The notes beneath the pieces were generated by a model. It saw nothing but the letters and a program-made list of their open reading frames with translations, did not search any database and was not told the DNA's origin. This document shows positions 10,135-18,496 of a stretch of DNA of 64,000 bases, piece by piece (position 1 is the stretch's first letter; each line of letters opens with the position of its first letter). The DNA is from Desulfobacterales bacterium (GTDB taxonomy: Bacteria > Desulfobacterota > Desulfobacteria > Desulfobacterales > UBA2174): contig CAXXWC010000021.1 in NCBI GenBank assembly GCA_963668645.2, positions 672,001 through 736,000 on the forward strand, written 5' to 3'. Both the position numbers and the translations under genes were made by a program.

Positions 10135-11061
10135 CTACAGGGTTTCGGCCATCACGCTGGACAGATCCCGCACATCGGCTCCGAGTTTGCGCAGGTTGCC
10201 CAGACAGATGGGACACATGGCGACGATGGGGGCCCCGGCGGCCGCCAGTTGATCCAGCCGGCGCCGGCCTACTTCGTCGGACAATTTGGGGGAGATGGAC
10301 TCGGCCGGGCCGCCGCAGCAGTGGGTATAATAGCCGGATCGCTCCACCGGTGCGCAGTCGATGCCCAGGTCGGCCAGGGCTTTGGCCGGCACATCCGAAA
10401 GGCCCAGGTAGCGTCCGTAAAAACACGGGTCATGGAGGGTCACCGTGCGCCGGCCGTTGCCGCCGTTGAGCCGCAGCAGCTCGAAATAGGGGTGCACCTC
10501 GAAGCTGGCACCGGTGTACTTGGGAAAAAGCTCCTTCAAGGCGTAGGTGGTATGCGGATCGACGGTGATCAGCTTCCTGATCCCGGCGTTCTGCAGCCGA
10601 TCCGCCAGCCAGCGGGCGTGGCGCACAAATCCCTCCTGGTCGCCCAGGTCGTAGAGGAGGATGCCGCTGTAGCGGTCCAGTTCCGGGCGGTAGCCGAAAT
10701 CGACCTGGGAGGCCTTGAGCAGCCTGACGATGTCCTGAAGGATGCGGTCGGATTTCCGCTTCTCCCGTCCCGGAGTGATCATCGCCAGACCGAGGCCCGA
10801 CAGATAGCCGGGAACGTAGCGGGCATAGCGCAGGGAGGCGCCCAGCGAAGAGTCTTCATATTTGGCCAGGTATCGGGTCGATGTCTCGATGTACGCGGTG
10901 AACTGGTACATCATCCCGGTAAAGAGCATGGCGTCGCCGCTAGTGGGCAATTCGGACTTGCGCCACCAGCGATTGACCAGAAAATGAGGGATGCCAAAAG
11001 GGTTGCGCGTGGTGCGCAGATTGGCGGCGATGGTCTCGATGATGTCTCTGGGATGATACAT
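10135..11061 (-). CDS. CCG-domain Fe-S protein (HdrB/HdrD-like)
   Basis: LHDPCFYGRY...HCCGGP...MCPICLGNL forms the C-terminal CCG motif; the N-terminal CCG domain is degenerate. Confidence 0.85.
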   Translation of the reverse strand: MYHPRDIIETIAANLRTTRNPFGIPHFLVNRWWRKSELPTSGDAMLFTGMMYQFTAYIETSTRYLAKYEDSSLGASLRYARYVPGYLSGLGLAMITPGREKRKSDRILQDIVRLLKASQVDFGYRPELDRYSGILLYDLGDQEGFVRHARWLADRLQNAGIRKLITVDPHTTYALKELFPKYTGASFEVHPYFELLRLNGGNGRRTVTLHDPCFYGRYLGLSDVPAKALADLGIDCAPVERSGYYTHCCGGPAESISPKLSDEVGRRRLDQLAAAGAPIVAMCPICLGNLRKLGADVRDLSSVMAETL

Positions 11062-11062
11062 T

Positions 11063-11368
11063 TCAGCCGTTCCTCCAGTGATCGAGGGCCAGGCGCTTGA
11101 GCCCCAGAATGATCTCTCCCGGATTGGCCTCCCGGGGGCAGGTCTGGGTGCACAGGCCGCAGTGAAGGCACTTCCACAGCTCCTGGGCGTTTTCCAGAAT
11201 GCGCTCCTTGGCGCCGATCTGCACGTAGCGGATCATCTTGCGCGGAAAGTGTTCGTCGATCAGCGGGCAGATCGCCGTGCAGGTGCCGCAGTTGAAGCAC
11301 GCCAGGGCGCTGTCTTCGCTGAAACGCATCAGTTCTTCGGCAAAATCCGGTCTGAGCTGGGTGGTCAT
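11063..11368 (-). CDS. hdrC: HdrC-like 2x[4Fe-4S] protein
   Basis: CFNCGTCTAICP and LWKCLHCGLCTQTCPR. Confidence 0.82.
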   Translation of the reverse strand: MTTQLRPDFAEELMRFSEDSALACFNCGTCTAICPLIDEHFPRKMIRYVQIGAKERILENAQELWKCLHCGLCTQTCPREANPGEIILGLKRLALDHWRNG

Positions 11369-11390
11369 CGTTTTTCTCCAGGGCGGTCTG

Positions 11391-11711
11391 TCAGGCTTCG
11401 GCCTCGGCCGGCTCGGCATCCTGCGCCTTGCCCGCAACCAGTGCGTAGCGGAAATAGCTGTCGTCCTCTCCGGCCTCGACGATCTGGCCGTATTTCTTCA
11501 TGCCGGCCACGAACCAGAGCACCGTGGCGCTCGGCAGTCCCACCGCCGCGGCGATCTGCGGCACGGTGGCGGGATCGGTTTCCAGGGCCTGGCGGATCGC
11601 CTTGATCGTCTTTTTCTGGAATTGCGACTCGGCCGTGGCTTTTTGGACCCATTCCTTGCGCGTGGCCCGCAGTTCTTTGAGGGCCTGCACTTTTGCCTTG
11701 TCAGCGCTCAT
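11391..11711 (-). CDS. Small winged-HTH domain protein
   Basis: PATVPQIAAAVGLPSATVLWFVAGMKKYGQIVE...YFRY pattern. Confidence 0.7.
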   Translation of the reverse strand: MSADKAKVQALKELRATRKEWVQKATAESQFQKKTIKAIRQALETDPATVPQIAAAVGLPSATVLWFVAGMKKYGQIVEAGEDDSYFRYALVAGKAQDAEPAEAEA

Positions 11712-11736
11712 CGGTTTGCCTCACAAAGTTCGAAAT

Positions 11737-13617
11737 TCAAGATTCCACAATCGCATCCACCATGGCTTCGTACTGGCGCAGGGTCATGCCGCACACGTCG
11801 ATGGCATTTTCCGGGCACACGGCCACGCAGGCCCCGCAGCCCAGGCAAAGCGCCGGGGTGACCCGGGCGCGGCGGACCGTCCGGCCGTCCACTTCCATCT
11901 CCACCAAGCTCAGGGCGCCCGGATTGAGGCAGGCCTCGACGCAGGCTCCGGTGCCCCGGCAGCGGGCGATATCGACCTCGGCAACAAACGGATCCAGTTC
12001 CACCTGCCCGCCGGCCAACAGGGCCGCCACCTTGGCGGCGGCGGCGCCGGCCGCGTTACAGGTTTCGCCCACGTCAAAGGGCGCCTGGCACGTGCCGGCC
12101 ACGAAGATTCCCCCCACCGGCATTTCCACCGGCCGCAGCTTGGGGTGCACTTCCAGCAGAAACCGGTCCATGCCCACCGGCAGCTTCATCATCTCCACCA
12201 GGTCCGAAACGTCGTTGGCTTCCATCCCGGTGGCCAGCACCACCAGGTCCGCCGGCACTTCCAGGGCTTCGCCGAAGGTAAGGGTGTCGGTGACCCGCAC
12301 TTTCAGCGGGAAGCCGTCTGCCGGATCGGCCGCTTCAACCTCGGGGGCGTTGTCGGCCTCGAAGCGCAGGAACACCACGCCGTTGCGCGCGGCCTGCTCG
12401 TAGAGATCTTCCTGGCCCCGGCCGTAGGTGCGGATGTCGCGGTACAGCTCGTAGACCCGGGTGCCGGGATGGGCCTGGCGGATGCGGTCGGCCGCGTTGA
12501 GGGTCGCGGTGCAACAGGTCCGCGAGCAGTACTCGTTGAGGTGCCCGGATTCGTCCTCCAGATGGATCCCCGGAATCTGGCGGCTGCCCACGCAGTGGAT
12601 CATGGCCACGCTGCGGATTCGGCGGCCGTCGATTTCCAGAACGCTTCCCCGGCTTCCCTGCTCGGCCATCTTTCGGATCAGGGCCGGCAGGGTGATGACC
12701 GGCTCGAATTCGCCATACCCGTACTCGCCCTGGCGCGGCTGGTAGGAGCGAAAACCGGTGGCCAAAACGATGGCCCCGGTCTCCAGGGTGAATTCCTCGG
12801 GCTGCGCGTTCAAAAACCCGGCCGGCTGCATGCCGGCAAAGGGGATGTAGCAAGCTTCGGCCGACGGGGCCTGGGCCGGAGCCTGCCGGCGCACGGTGAG
12901 CTTGAAGTTGCCGATATACCCCTCGTAGCCCACCACCTGGGCGCCGGTGAACACCGTGATGTCTGGATGGGCCAGCACCGCGCCGGCCAGCTCGCGCACC
13001 AGGTCGGAGGCCTGCTCCCCGGTGGGCGCGATGCGGTCCAGGCGGGCGAGCTGGCCCCCGAGGCAGGACGATTTTTCGATGAGGGTCACCGGAATGCCGC
13101 GCTGGGCCAGATCCCTGGCGGCGCTCAGACCAGCGGCGCCCCCGCCGATCACCGTGGCGTGGCGGGTGGCCGGGACCTGGATTGGCGTCAGGGGCTTGAG
13201 CCGGCCGGCCTTGGCCGCCGCGGCCGACACCAGGGCGGCGGCCTTGTCCGTGGCCGGATCGCCGTGGTGCACCCAGCTCACCTGCTCGCGGATATTGGCG
13301 TGCTCGTAGATAAACGGGTTGGCCCCGGCGCGCCGAATGGCGCTGCGAAAGGTCGTTTCATGGAGGCTCGGGGCGCAGGAGGCCACCACCACCCGGTCCA
13401 CCGTGCCGTTCTTAAGGTCCTGGGCGATCAACTCCTGGCCCGGGTCGGAGCACATGAACACATTGGTCCGCGCCACGGCCACGTCGGGCAGTTTTTCCAT
13501 CCGCCGGCGCACCGCCTCCACGTCCACGTGGTCGGAGATGTTGCCTCCGCAATGGCAGATATAGACGCCGATCTTGGGGGCGGAGGATTGGTCTTTATCT
13601 TCTTTGGCTTCACTCAT
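11737..13617 (-). CDS. hdrA: HdrA-family flavoprotein with N-terminal CHCG domain and C-terminal ferredoxin
   Basis: IGVYICHCGGNI, NIREQVSWVH, VIGGGAAG, IHCVGSR...YCSRTCC, HPKLRPVE, CLGCGACVAVCP; an alternative start lies at 13635. Confidence 0.9.
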   Translation of the reverse strand: MSEAKEDKDQSSAPKIGVYICHCGGNISDHVDVEAVRRRMEKLPDVAVARTNVFMCSDPGQELIAQDLKNGTVDRVVVASCAPSLHETTFRSAIRRAGANPFIYEHANIREQVSWVHHGDPATDKAAALVSAAAAKAGRLKPLTPIQVPATRHATVIGGGAAGLSAARDLAQRGIPVTLIEKSSCLGGQLARLDRIAPTGEQASDLVRELAGAVLAHPDITVFTGAQVVGYEGYIGNFKLTVRRQAPAQAPSAEACYIPFAGMQPAGFLNAQPEEFTLETGAIVLATGFRSYQPRQGEYGYGEFEPVITLPALIRKMAEQGSRGSVLEIDGRRIRSVAMIHCVGSRQIPGIHLEDESGHLNEYCSRTCCTATLNAADRIRQAHPGTRVYELYRDIRTYGRGQEDLYEQAARNGVVFLRFEADNAPEVEAADPADGFPLKVRVTDTLTFGEALEVPADLVVLATGMEANDVSDLVEMMKLPVGMDRFLLEVHPKLRPVEMPVGGIFVAGTCQAPFDVGETCNAAGAAAAKVAALLAGGQVELDPFVAEVDIARCRGTGACVEACLNPGALSLVEMEVDGRTVRRARVTPALCLGCGACVAVCPENAIDVCGMTLRQYEAMVDAIVES

Positions 13618-13644
13618 CGGGGGCATCTCCTGCATCGCCGGGCC

Positions 13645-14961
13645 TCAATCCGCCGCAGCGTTCTGGGCCGCGGGCCGCTCCAGGGCCGTCAAGTACTTGC
13701 TGGCCGCCATGGCCGCGTTGCCGGCCTCGGTGATCGTGTCGACGATATCCTTGGGACCGACGGCGGCCCCGGCGGTGAAAACGCCTTCCATATCCGTGGC
13801 CGCGGGCGCCAGTTTGGGATGGCGGCTGTAAATGAACCGATCCGAACCCGTGGTCAGCGGGCAGATCCCGTCCGGGTTCCAGGCGGGAATCAGACCCATC
13901 GAAAGCACCACCAGGTCGTGGTCGGCTGTGGTGACCCCTTCGCCGTCCTGAGCCTCGTAGTGCAGCCGCACCGCGCCGTCCTCGCCGGCTTCCACGGCCG
14001 CCACCTTGGCCTTGACGAAGTTGATCCCCATGGCCTGGGCGTTCTGGAAAAACTGCTCATAGCCTTTGCCGAAGGCCCGAATGTCCATGTAGTAGATCGT
14101 AACGTCGGCCAGGGGCAAAGCCCCGGACAGCAGCATGGCCTGCTTGATGGCGTACATGCAGCAGACCCGCGAGCAGTAGGACAGGCCCATGGACTTGTCC
14201 CGCGAACCGGCACACTGAATGTAGGCAATGCTGTCGGGCGCCTTGCCGTCCGAGGGCCGCAGGACCCGGTTGTAGGGGCCGTGGGGGGCCAGCAGGCGCT
14301 CCATCTGAAGCGCGTCGAGCAGGTTGGGAATGGCGCCCCGGCCGTACTGCGGCTTGTCGGCCATGGAGGTCATCTCGAATCCGGTGGTGACCAGGGCGGT
14401 TTCGGCCGTCACCACAAACGACTCGGGCTGCTGAAAGTAATCGATGGCCTGGGTCGGACAGGCCCGCTCGCAGCGGCCGCAGAGCATGCAGTGGTCCGGG
14501 TCGAGCACCGCGATCTGGGGGATGGCGTTGGAAAAGGGAATGGCGATGGCCTTGGTGGGCGAAAAGCCGCCCTGCTCCTTGTCGCTGACCATCACCGGGC
14601 AGGCGTATTCGCACTGGCGGCAGCCGATGCACTTTTGGTCATCCACGTAGCGCGGCCGCTGCACCACCTCGGCCCGCACTTGGCCGTCGGTGCGCTCCAG
14701 GGACGTAAGGGTGCAGTAGGTCAACAGGGTGATGCGCTCGTGGTGGGCGGCAGCGGCCATCTTGGGCGTGGTGATGCAGCTGGCGCAGTCCAGGGTGGGA
14801 AAGACCTTGGACAGACGGATCATCTTGCCGCCGATGGAGGCGTCCTTTTCGATCACTGCCACGGTGAATCCCTGGTCGGCCAGATCCAGGGCCGACTGAA
14901 GACCGGCGATGCCGCCGCCGATGACCATGGCATCGAAGGCCTGGGTGCGATTGTCGCTCAT
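13645..14961 (-). CDS. hdrA: Short HdrA-family flavoprotein with inserted 2x[4Fe-4S] ferredoxin
   Basis: VIGGGIAG, KVFPTLDCASC, CIGCRQCEYACP, CMLCGRCERACP, IQCAGSRD...YCSRVCCMYAIKQA, GPKDI. Confidence 0.9.
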   Translation of the reverse strand: MSDNRTQAFDAMVIGGGIAGLQSALDLADQGFTVAVIEKDASIGGKMIRLSKVFPTLDCASCITTPKMAAAAHHERITLLTYCTLTSLERTDGQVRAEVVQRPRYVDDQKCIGCRQCEYACPVMVSDKEQGGFSPTKAIAIPFSNAIPQIAVLDPDHCMLCGRCERACPTQAIDYFQQPESFVVTAETALVTTGFEMTSMADKPQYGRGAIPNLLDALQMERLLAPHGPYNRVLRPSDGKAPDSIAYIQCAGSRDKSMGLSYCSRVCCMYAIKQAMLLSGALPLADVTIYYMDIRAFGKGYEQFFQNAQAMGINFVKAKVAAVEAGEDGAVRLHYEAQDGEGVTTADHDLVVLSMGLIPAWNPDGICPLTTGSDRFIYSRHPKLAPAATDMEGVFTAGAAVGPKDIVDTITEAGNAAMAASKYLTALERPAAQNAAAD

Positions 14962-14986
14962 CTTGCTTGCTCCCGCCGCTTGCGAG

Positions 14987-15415
14987 TTAGTGTCCATCCG
15001 TGGCCTTTGGGGCCTCGGCCAGCGTGTTCACCAGGTTGTTCATCTGGTTCACTTCGTTGAGAAAGGCCCGATTGCAGACCGTGCAGATGGCCGTCAGGCG
15101 CAGGCGACGGATGTCGATGCCGCTTTGCTTCATGCTCTGGTAGACGCGGTCGAGCCGCTTGGCCATGGCATGATAGGCGCCGTCGTAGGGGCATTCCTCG
15201 CCGCAGGACATCACGATGATGCCGCCGATTCCCTTGCGAAAGCAGTCCAGATAAAAATGCTCCGGAAACAGCACCGGGGCCTTGACCCGCAGGATGTACA
15301 CATTGGCCGGATAGCTCGAATGGGCCTGGCCCACCGAGTCGGCCCCGGGATAGGCGCAGCTTTCAGTGGCGAGCACGAGAATCTTGTTGCCGGTGGCCGG
15401 CGATGCCGTGGACAT
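14987..15415 (-). CDS. mvhD: MvhD-like (hydrogenase delta) subunit, atypical Cys pattern
   Basis: CAYPGADSVG...YPANVYILRV...GIIVMSCGEECPY...GIDIRRLRL. Confidence 0.8.
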   Translation of the reverse strand: MSTASPATGNKILVLATESCAYPGADSVGQAHSSYPANVYILRVKAPVLFPEHFYLDCFRKGIGGIIVMSCGEECPYDGAYHAMAKRLDRVYQSMKQSGIDIRRLRLTAICTVCNRAFLNEVNQMNNLVNTLAEAPKATDGH

Positions 15416-15501
15416 GGTGTCGCTCCATCCGCTTCGGATCGTTATGGCAGCCGCTCCAGCGGTTTACCGCCACTGAAAGCCGCTGCCGACTGGCGCCTTA
15501 A

Positions 15502-15753
15502 TTATTTCTTTCGGCGTACGAAGTGCTTGTCATACCCGTCGGCTTGCACAAAGCCGACATACTCGTGGCCCACTTTGCCGGCCCAGGCCGGGATGTCCCT
15601 GCGGGTGCCGCTGTCGTTGGAATAGATTTCCAGCACCTGGCCCACCTTGACCTTGCCGATGCCCTTCTTGGCTTCCAGAAGCGGTCCCGGGCAGGCGCTG
15701 CCGCGCGCATCGACGGTGTTGTCGGCTTGAAAGCTGCTCAGATCGGTCGTCAT
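15502..15753 (-). CDS. tusA: TusA-family sulfur carrier
   Basis: VDARGSACPGPLLEAKK...GQVLEIYSND...DIPAWA. Confidence 0.9.
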   Translation of the reverse strand: MTTDLSSFQADNTVDARGSACPGPLLEAKKGIGKVKVGQVLEIYSNDSGTRRDIPAWAGKVGHEYVGFVQADGYDKHFVRRKK

Positions 15754-16055
15754 TTTGTCGGTCTCCTTTCGCTTTGGCGGGTCTCATCGTCCGCCGGATC
15801 AAATTCTTCTCTTGCGGGGCTCACCTGGCAGATGAGCCGGATCTGGTAGTGCTCCGGCTGGACTTGGGTCGCGGTGATCCTGAAACGCTCCTGGGACAGC
15901 AGCCGCATCAGGGCTTGGAAGGTGCTTGGATCGGCACCGCGGATCTCCAACCGGTCTCCGGTACGCATCTGGCGCAAGGTCTGATTGACCTTGAGCAGGG
16001 CCAACGGCTGAAGGCTGTCGCACAAATCGATTTCAAATTCGGCTTGTCTGCTCAT
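15750..16055 (-). CDS. TusA-like protein lacking the CPxP cysteine
   Basis: IDLCDSLQPLALLKVNQTLRQMRTGDRLEI...YQIRL matches the TusA fold pattern; it overlaps tusA by ATGA. Confidence 0.7.
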   Translation of the reverse strand: MSRQAEFEIDLCDSLQPLALLKVNQTLRQMRTGDRLEIRGADPSTFQALMRLLSQERFRITATQVQPEHYQIRLICQVSPAREEFDPADDETRQSERRPTK

Positions 16056-16092
16056 CCGGCGTTTGCCTCGCTCGTCGTTGTCGATCCGTTTG

Positions 16093-16109
16093 AGCAAGAC
16101 GGGTGCCAA
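16093..16109 (-). promoter_or_regulatory. Sigma54 (-24/-12) promoter of the tusA-hdr operon
   Basis: Minus strand TTGGCACCCGTCTTGCT = TGGCAC-N5-TTGC, about 40 bp upstream of the first ATG. Confidence 0.88.
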
Positions 16110-16276
16110 CCGGCTCGGCTTCAGCGCCATGCGGATCCGCTGAATTTTTCAACAAGCTGATATTTCAGAGGATTAATTTACAGGAAGGCGACGTGCCGGC
16201 TCGGTTTGAGCCGGCTTGAACCTTTCGGGCTTGCCTGATCTTTTAAATCGGGGTAAGGAGGATCGTCTAGACAGGT

Positions 16277-16291
16277 GTCTAAATACTAGAC
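16277..16291. promoter_or_regulatory. Candidate enhancer (UAS) for the adjacent sigma54 activator
   Basis: Palindrome GTCTA-N5-TAGAC, with GTCTAGAC at 16265-16272 next to it, about 170 bp from the -24 box. Confidence 0.5.
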
Positions 16292-16301
16292 GGTAACGCA
16301 G

Positions 16302-17720
16302 ATGCTTGAACAGGAATTGAACAACTACTGGCAAACGGTGGTGAACACGATCCAGGATGCGGTGATGATCGTCGACACCGACGGAACCATCGTGACCGCT
16401 AACCAGGCCTTTGCCCGGGTGACCGGTTATACGGCCGAAGAGATCGTGGGCCGATCCTGCGCCATGCTCCAATGCCCGACCTGCCAGAAGGACCGCCACG
16501 AAACAAACGGCTACTGGTGCAGCCTGTTTCGCACCGGCGAGGTGCGCCGCCACCGCTGCACCATACGCCACAAGGACGGCCGGGACGTGCCGGTGCTCAA
16601 AAACGCGGCGGTGCTGCGAGATAACACCGGCCAGGCCATCGGCGGGGTGGAAACGCTCACCGACATCAGCGCCATCGTCGACCGGGATCGCAAGATCGAG
16701 GCCTATCGCCGGGAACTGGCCGCCGAAAACGGGTTTCATGGAATCATCGGCATCTCGCCGGCCATGCGCGCCGTGTTCGACATGATCGCCAACGCGGCGG
16801 GCAGCGACGCGCCGGTGATCATCTTCGGTGAAAGCGGCACCGGCAAAGAACTGGTGGCCCGGGCGATCCACGATCGCGGCCCGCGGCGGGAAAAGCCCTA
16901 CGTCAAGGTCAACTGCGCGGCCCTGGCCGAGACCCTGCTGGAAAGCGAACTGTTCGGCCATGTACGCGGGGCCTTTACCGGCGCGGTGCAGGCCCGTGAA
17001 GGGCGCTTCGAGGCAGCCAACGGCGGGGACATCTTCCTTGACGAAATCGGCGATCTGCCCATGACCACCCAGGTCAAGCTGCTGCGGGTACTGGAGGAAA
17101 AGGTGATCGAGAGAGTGGGCGACAACCGTCCCGTCCCGGTGGACGTGCGCATCGTCACGGCGACCAACCGCGATCTTTCCCGCATGGTGGCCGAAGGGCG
17201 CTTTCGTGAGGACCTGTTTTACCGCATCAACGTGATCCCGCTAATCCTGCCCCCGCTGCGCGAACGCATGGAGGACATCCCGCTGCTGGCCGAGGCTTTT
17301 TTCCGACGGTTGCAGCTCAAAAGCGAAAAAACCGTGGAAACCATCGCCTACGACACCATGGGCATGTTGATGACCTACCACTGGCCGGGCAACGTGCGCG
17401 AACTGCGCTCCGCCTTCGAATACGCCTTCGTGGCCTGCCCGGGCGGCAGCATCCAACCCCAGCACCTGCCGCCCACCATCGCCCAAAGCCGCCGCTGCCC
17501 CCAGCCCTCGGTGCTGGCGGCCGCCATGGCCCAAGCCCCCTCGCCTTCTGCCGCTGCAACGCCCGATGGCCTCTCGCCCAAAGAGACCCTCATCGCGGCC
17601 CTGCGCCGCAGCGGCGGCAACCAGAGCGCCGCGGCCCGTCTGCTGGGCGTCTCGCGCGGCACGGTCTGGAACCGCATGCGCCGCTATGGGATCGATCCTC
17701 GTAAAATTCCGGATTCCTGA
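16302..17720 (+). CDS. PAS-domain sigma54-dependent transcriptional activator (NtrC/Fis family)
   Basis: N-terminal PAS with CxxLxCxxC, GESGTGKE, GAFTGA, FLDEIGD, WPGNVREL, C-terminal Fis-HTH. Confidence 0.95.
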   Translation: MLEQELNNYWQTVVNTIQDAVMIVDTDGTIVTANQAFARVTGYTAEEIVGRSCAMLQCPTCQKDRHETNGYWCSLFRTGEVRRHRCTIRHKDGRDVPVLKNAAVLRDNTGQAIGGVETLTDISAIVDRDRKIEAYRRELAAENGFHGIIGISPAMRAVFDMIANAAGSDAPVIIFGESGTGKELVARAIHDRGPRREKPYVKVNCAALAETLLESELFGHVRGAFTGAVQAREGRFEAANGGDIFLDEIGDLPMTTQVKLLRVLEEKVIERVGDNRPVPVDVRIVTATNRDLSRMVAEGRFREDLFYRINVIPLILPPLRERMEDIPLLAEAFFRRLQLKSEKTVETIAYDTMGMLMTYHWPGNVRELRSAFEYAFVACPGGSIQPQHLPPTIAQSRRCPQPSVLAAAMAQAPSPSAAATPDGLSPKETLIAALRRSGGNQSAAARLLGVSRGTVWNRMRRYGIDPRKIPDS

Positions 17721-17800
17721 GGCAAAAATCCAATTAGAAAGGAGCCGGAACCCCTTTTGAGTGATTTTTGATTTCCCTATCCATAATAGAAAAATAACAA

Positions 17801-17829
17801 TTGACCCAATCTCAAGTCATTGCTATAGC
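17801..17829 (+). promoter_or_regulatory. Sigma70-type promoter
   Basis: TTGACC-17 bp-TATAGC with an extended -10 TGn. Confidence 0.55.
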
Positions 17830-17854
17830 ACTCAAAAATTAACTTTGGCCTCTG

Positions 17855-17895
17855 AAACCCTGCTTTCCGCAACGGATGGCAGGGTTTTGTGTTTT
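17855..17895 (+). terminator. Strong hairpin followed by a U-rich tail
   Basis: AAACCCTGC..TCCG-CAA-CGGA..GCAGGGTTT followed by TGTGTTTT. Confidence 0.6.
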
Positions 17896-17911
17896 ATTGG
17901 GGAAAGACCGT

Positions 17912-18038
17912 CTCGCGCAAAGACGCAGTGGCGCAGAGGATGAGTGAATTTTTGACGGATTGATTAAGAATGGGATCACACTCTTCACAAATAGTCTTTA
18001 AGACTGATTTCCTCTGCGTCTCGGCAGCTCTGCGGGAG
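17912..18038. repeat. Imperfect inverted repeat (REP/MITE-like, CGCAGAG-rich arms)
   Basis: Arms 17912-17940 and 18010-18038 match at 22/29 positions in inverted orientation. Confidence 0.55.
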
Positions 18039-18496
18039 TTTGAGTGTCATCTTTCCTGCAAATGAAGTATGTGGAATCTCGAATTAAAGAACATATGAAC
18101 AGGAGCGGTAGTCCAATATGATTGTATACGGAATCAAAGCATTGGCTTCAAACAATTGGGTCCACTGCCACACATCACTTTTCCCCGACGAGCAGGATTT
18201 CCTTTTGGTGCTGGACATGATCGTAGCCTTATGTCGCAACGCGTCTGTTCCCGGGCTCCACGTATAGGCAGGCCGTCTCGCGGTTGCATCCTTGCCGACA
18301 ATCAGTGGACATGCTAATGGATACAACCGGCAACAAGGTTCCGCACCGGGGCCTTCACCTTGTCGTCTGGCGTGCTTTACGCCAGTGCGATCGTACGCCA
18401 AACCCTGGAGTTGTATTATCCACTTTTTTCGCAACCTGGCCTGTGGCGCGCCATGCTCAGCCCGGCCGGTTCGCGCTTGGTTCGGTGAGAGCCTGG

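Noticed and set aside
11500..15060. 1186-aa plus-strand ORF
   Set aside because: It is antisense to the two hdrA genes, a high-GC artefact with no motifs.
10135..15415. Selenocysteine in Hdr/MvhD subunits
   Set aside because: No in-frame TGA occurs within these ORFs.
18084..18496. Upstream extension of rsgA and the opposite-strand 173-aa ORF
   Set aside because: Not protein-like; RsgA similarity begins at 18497.
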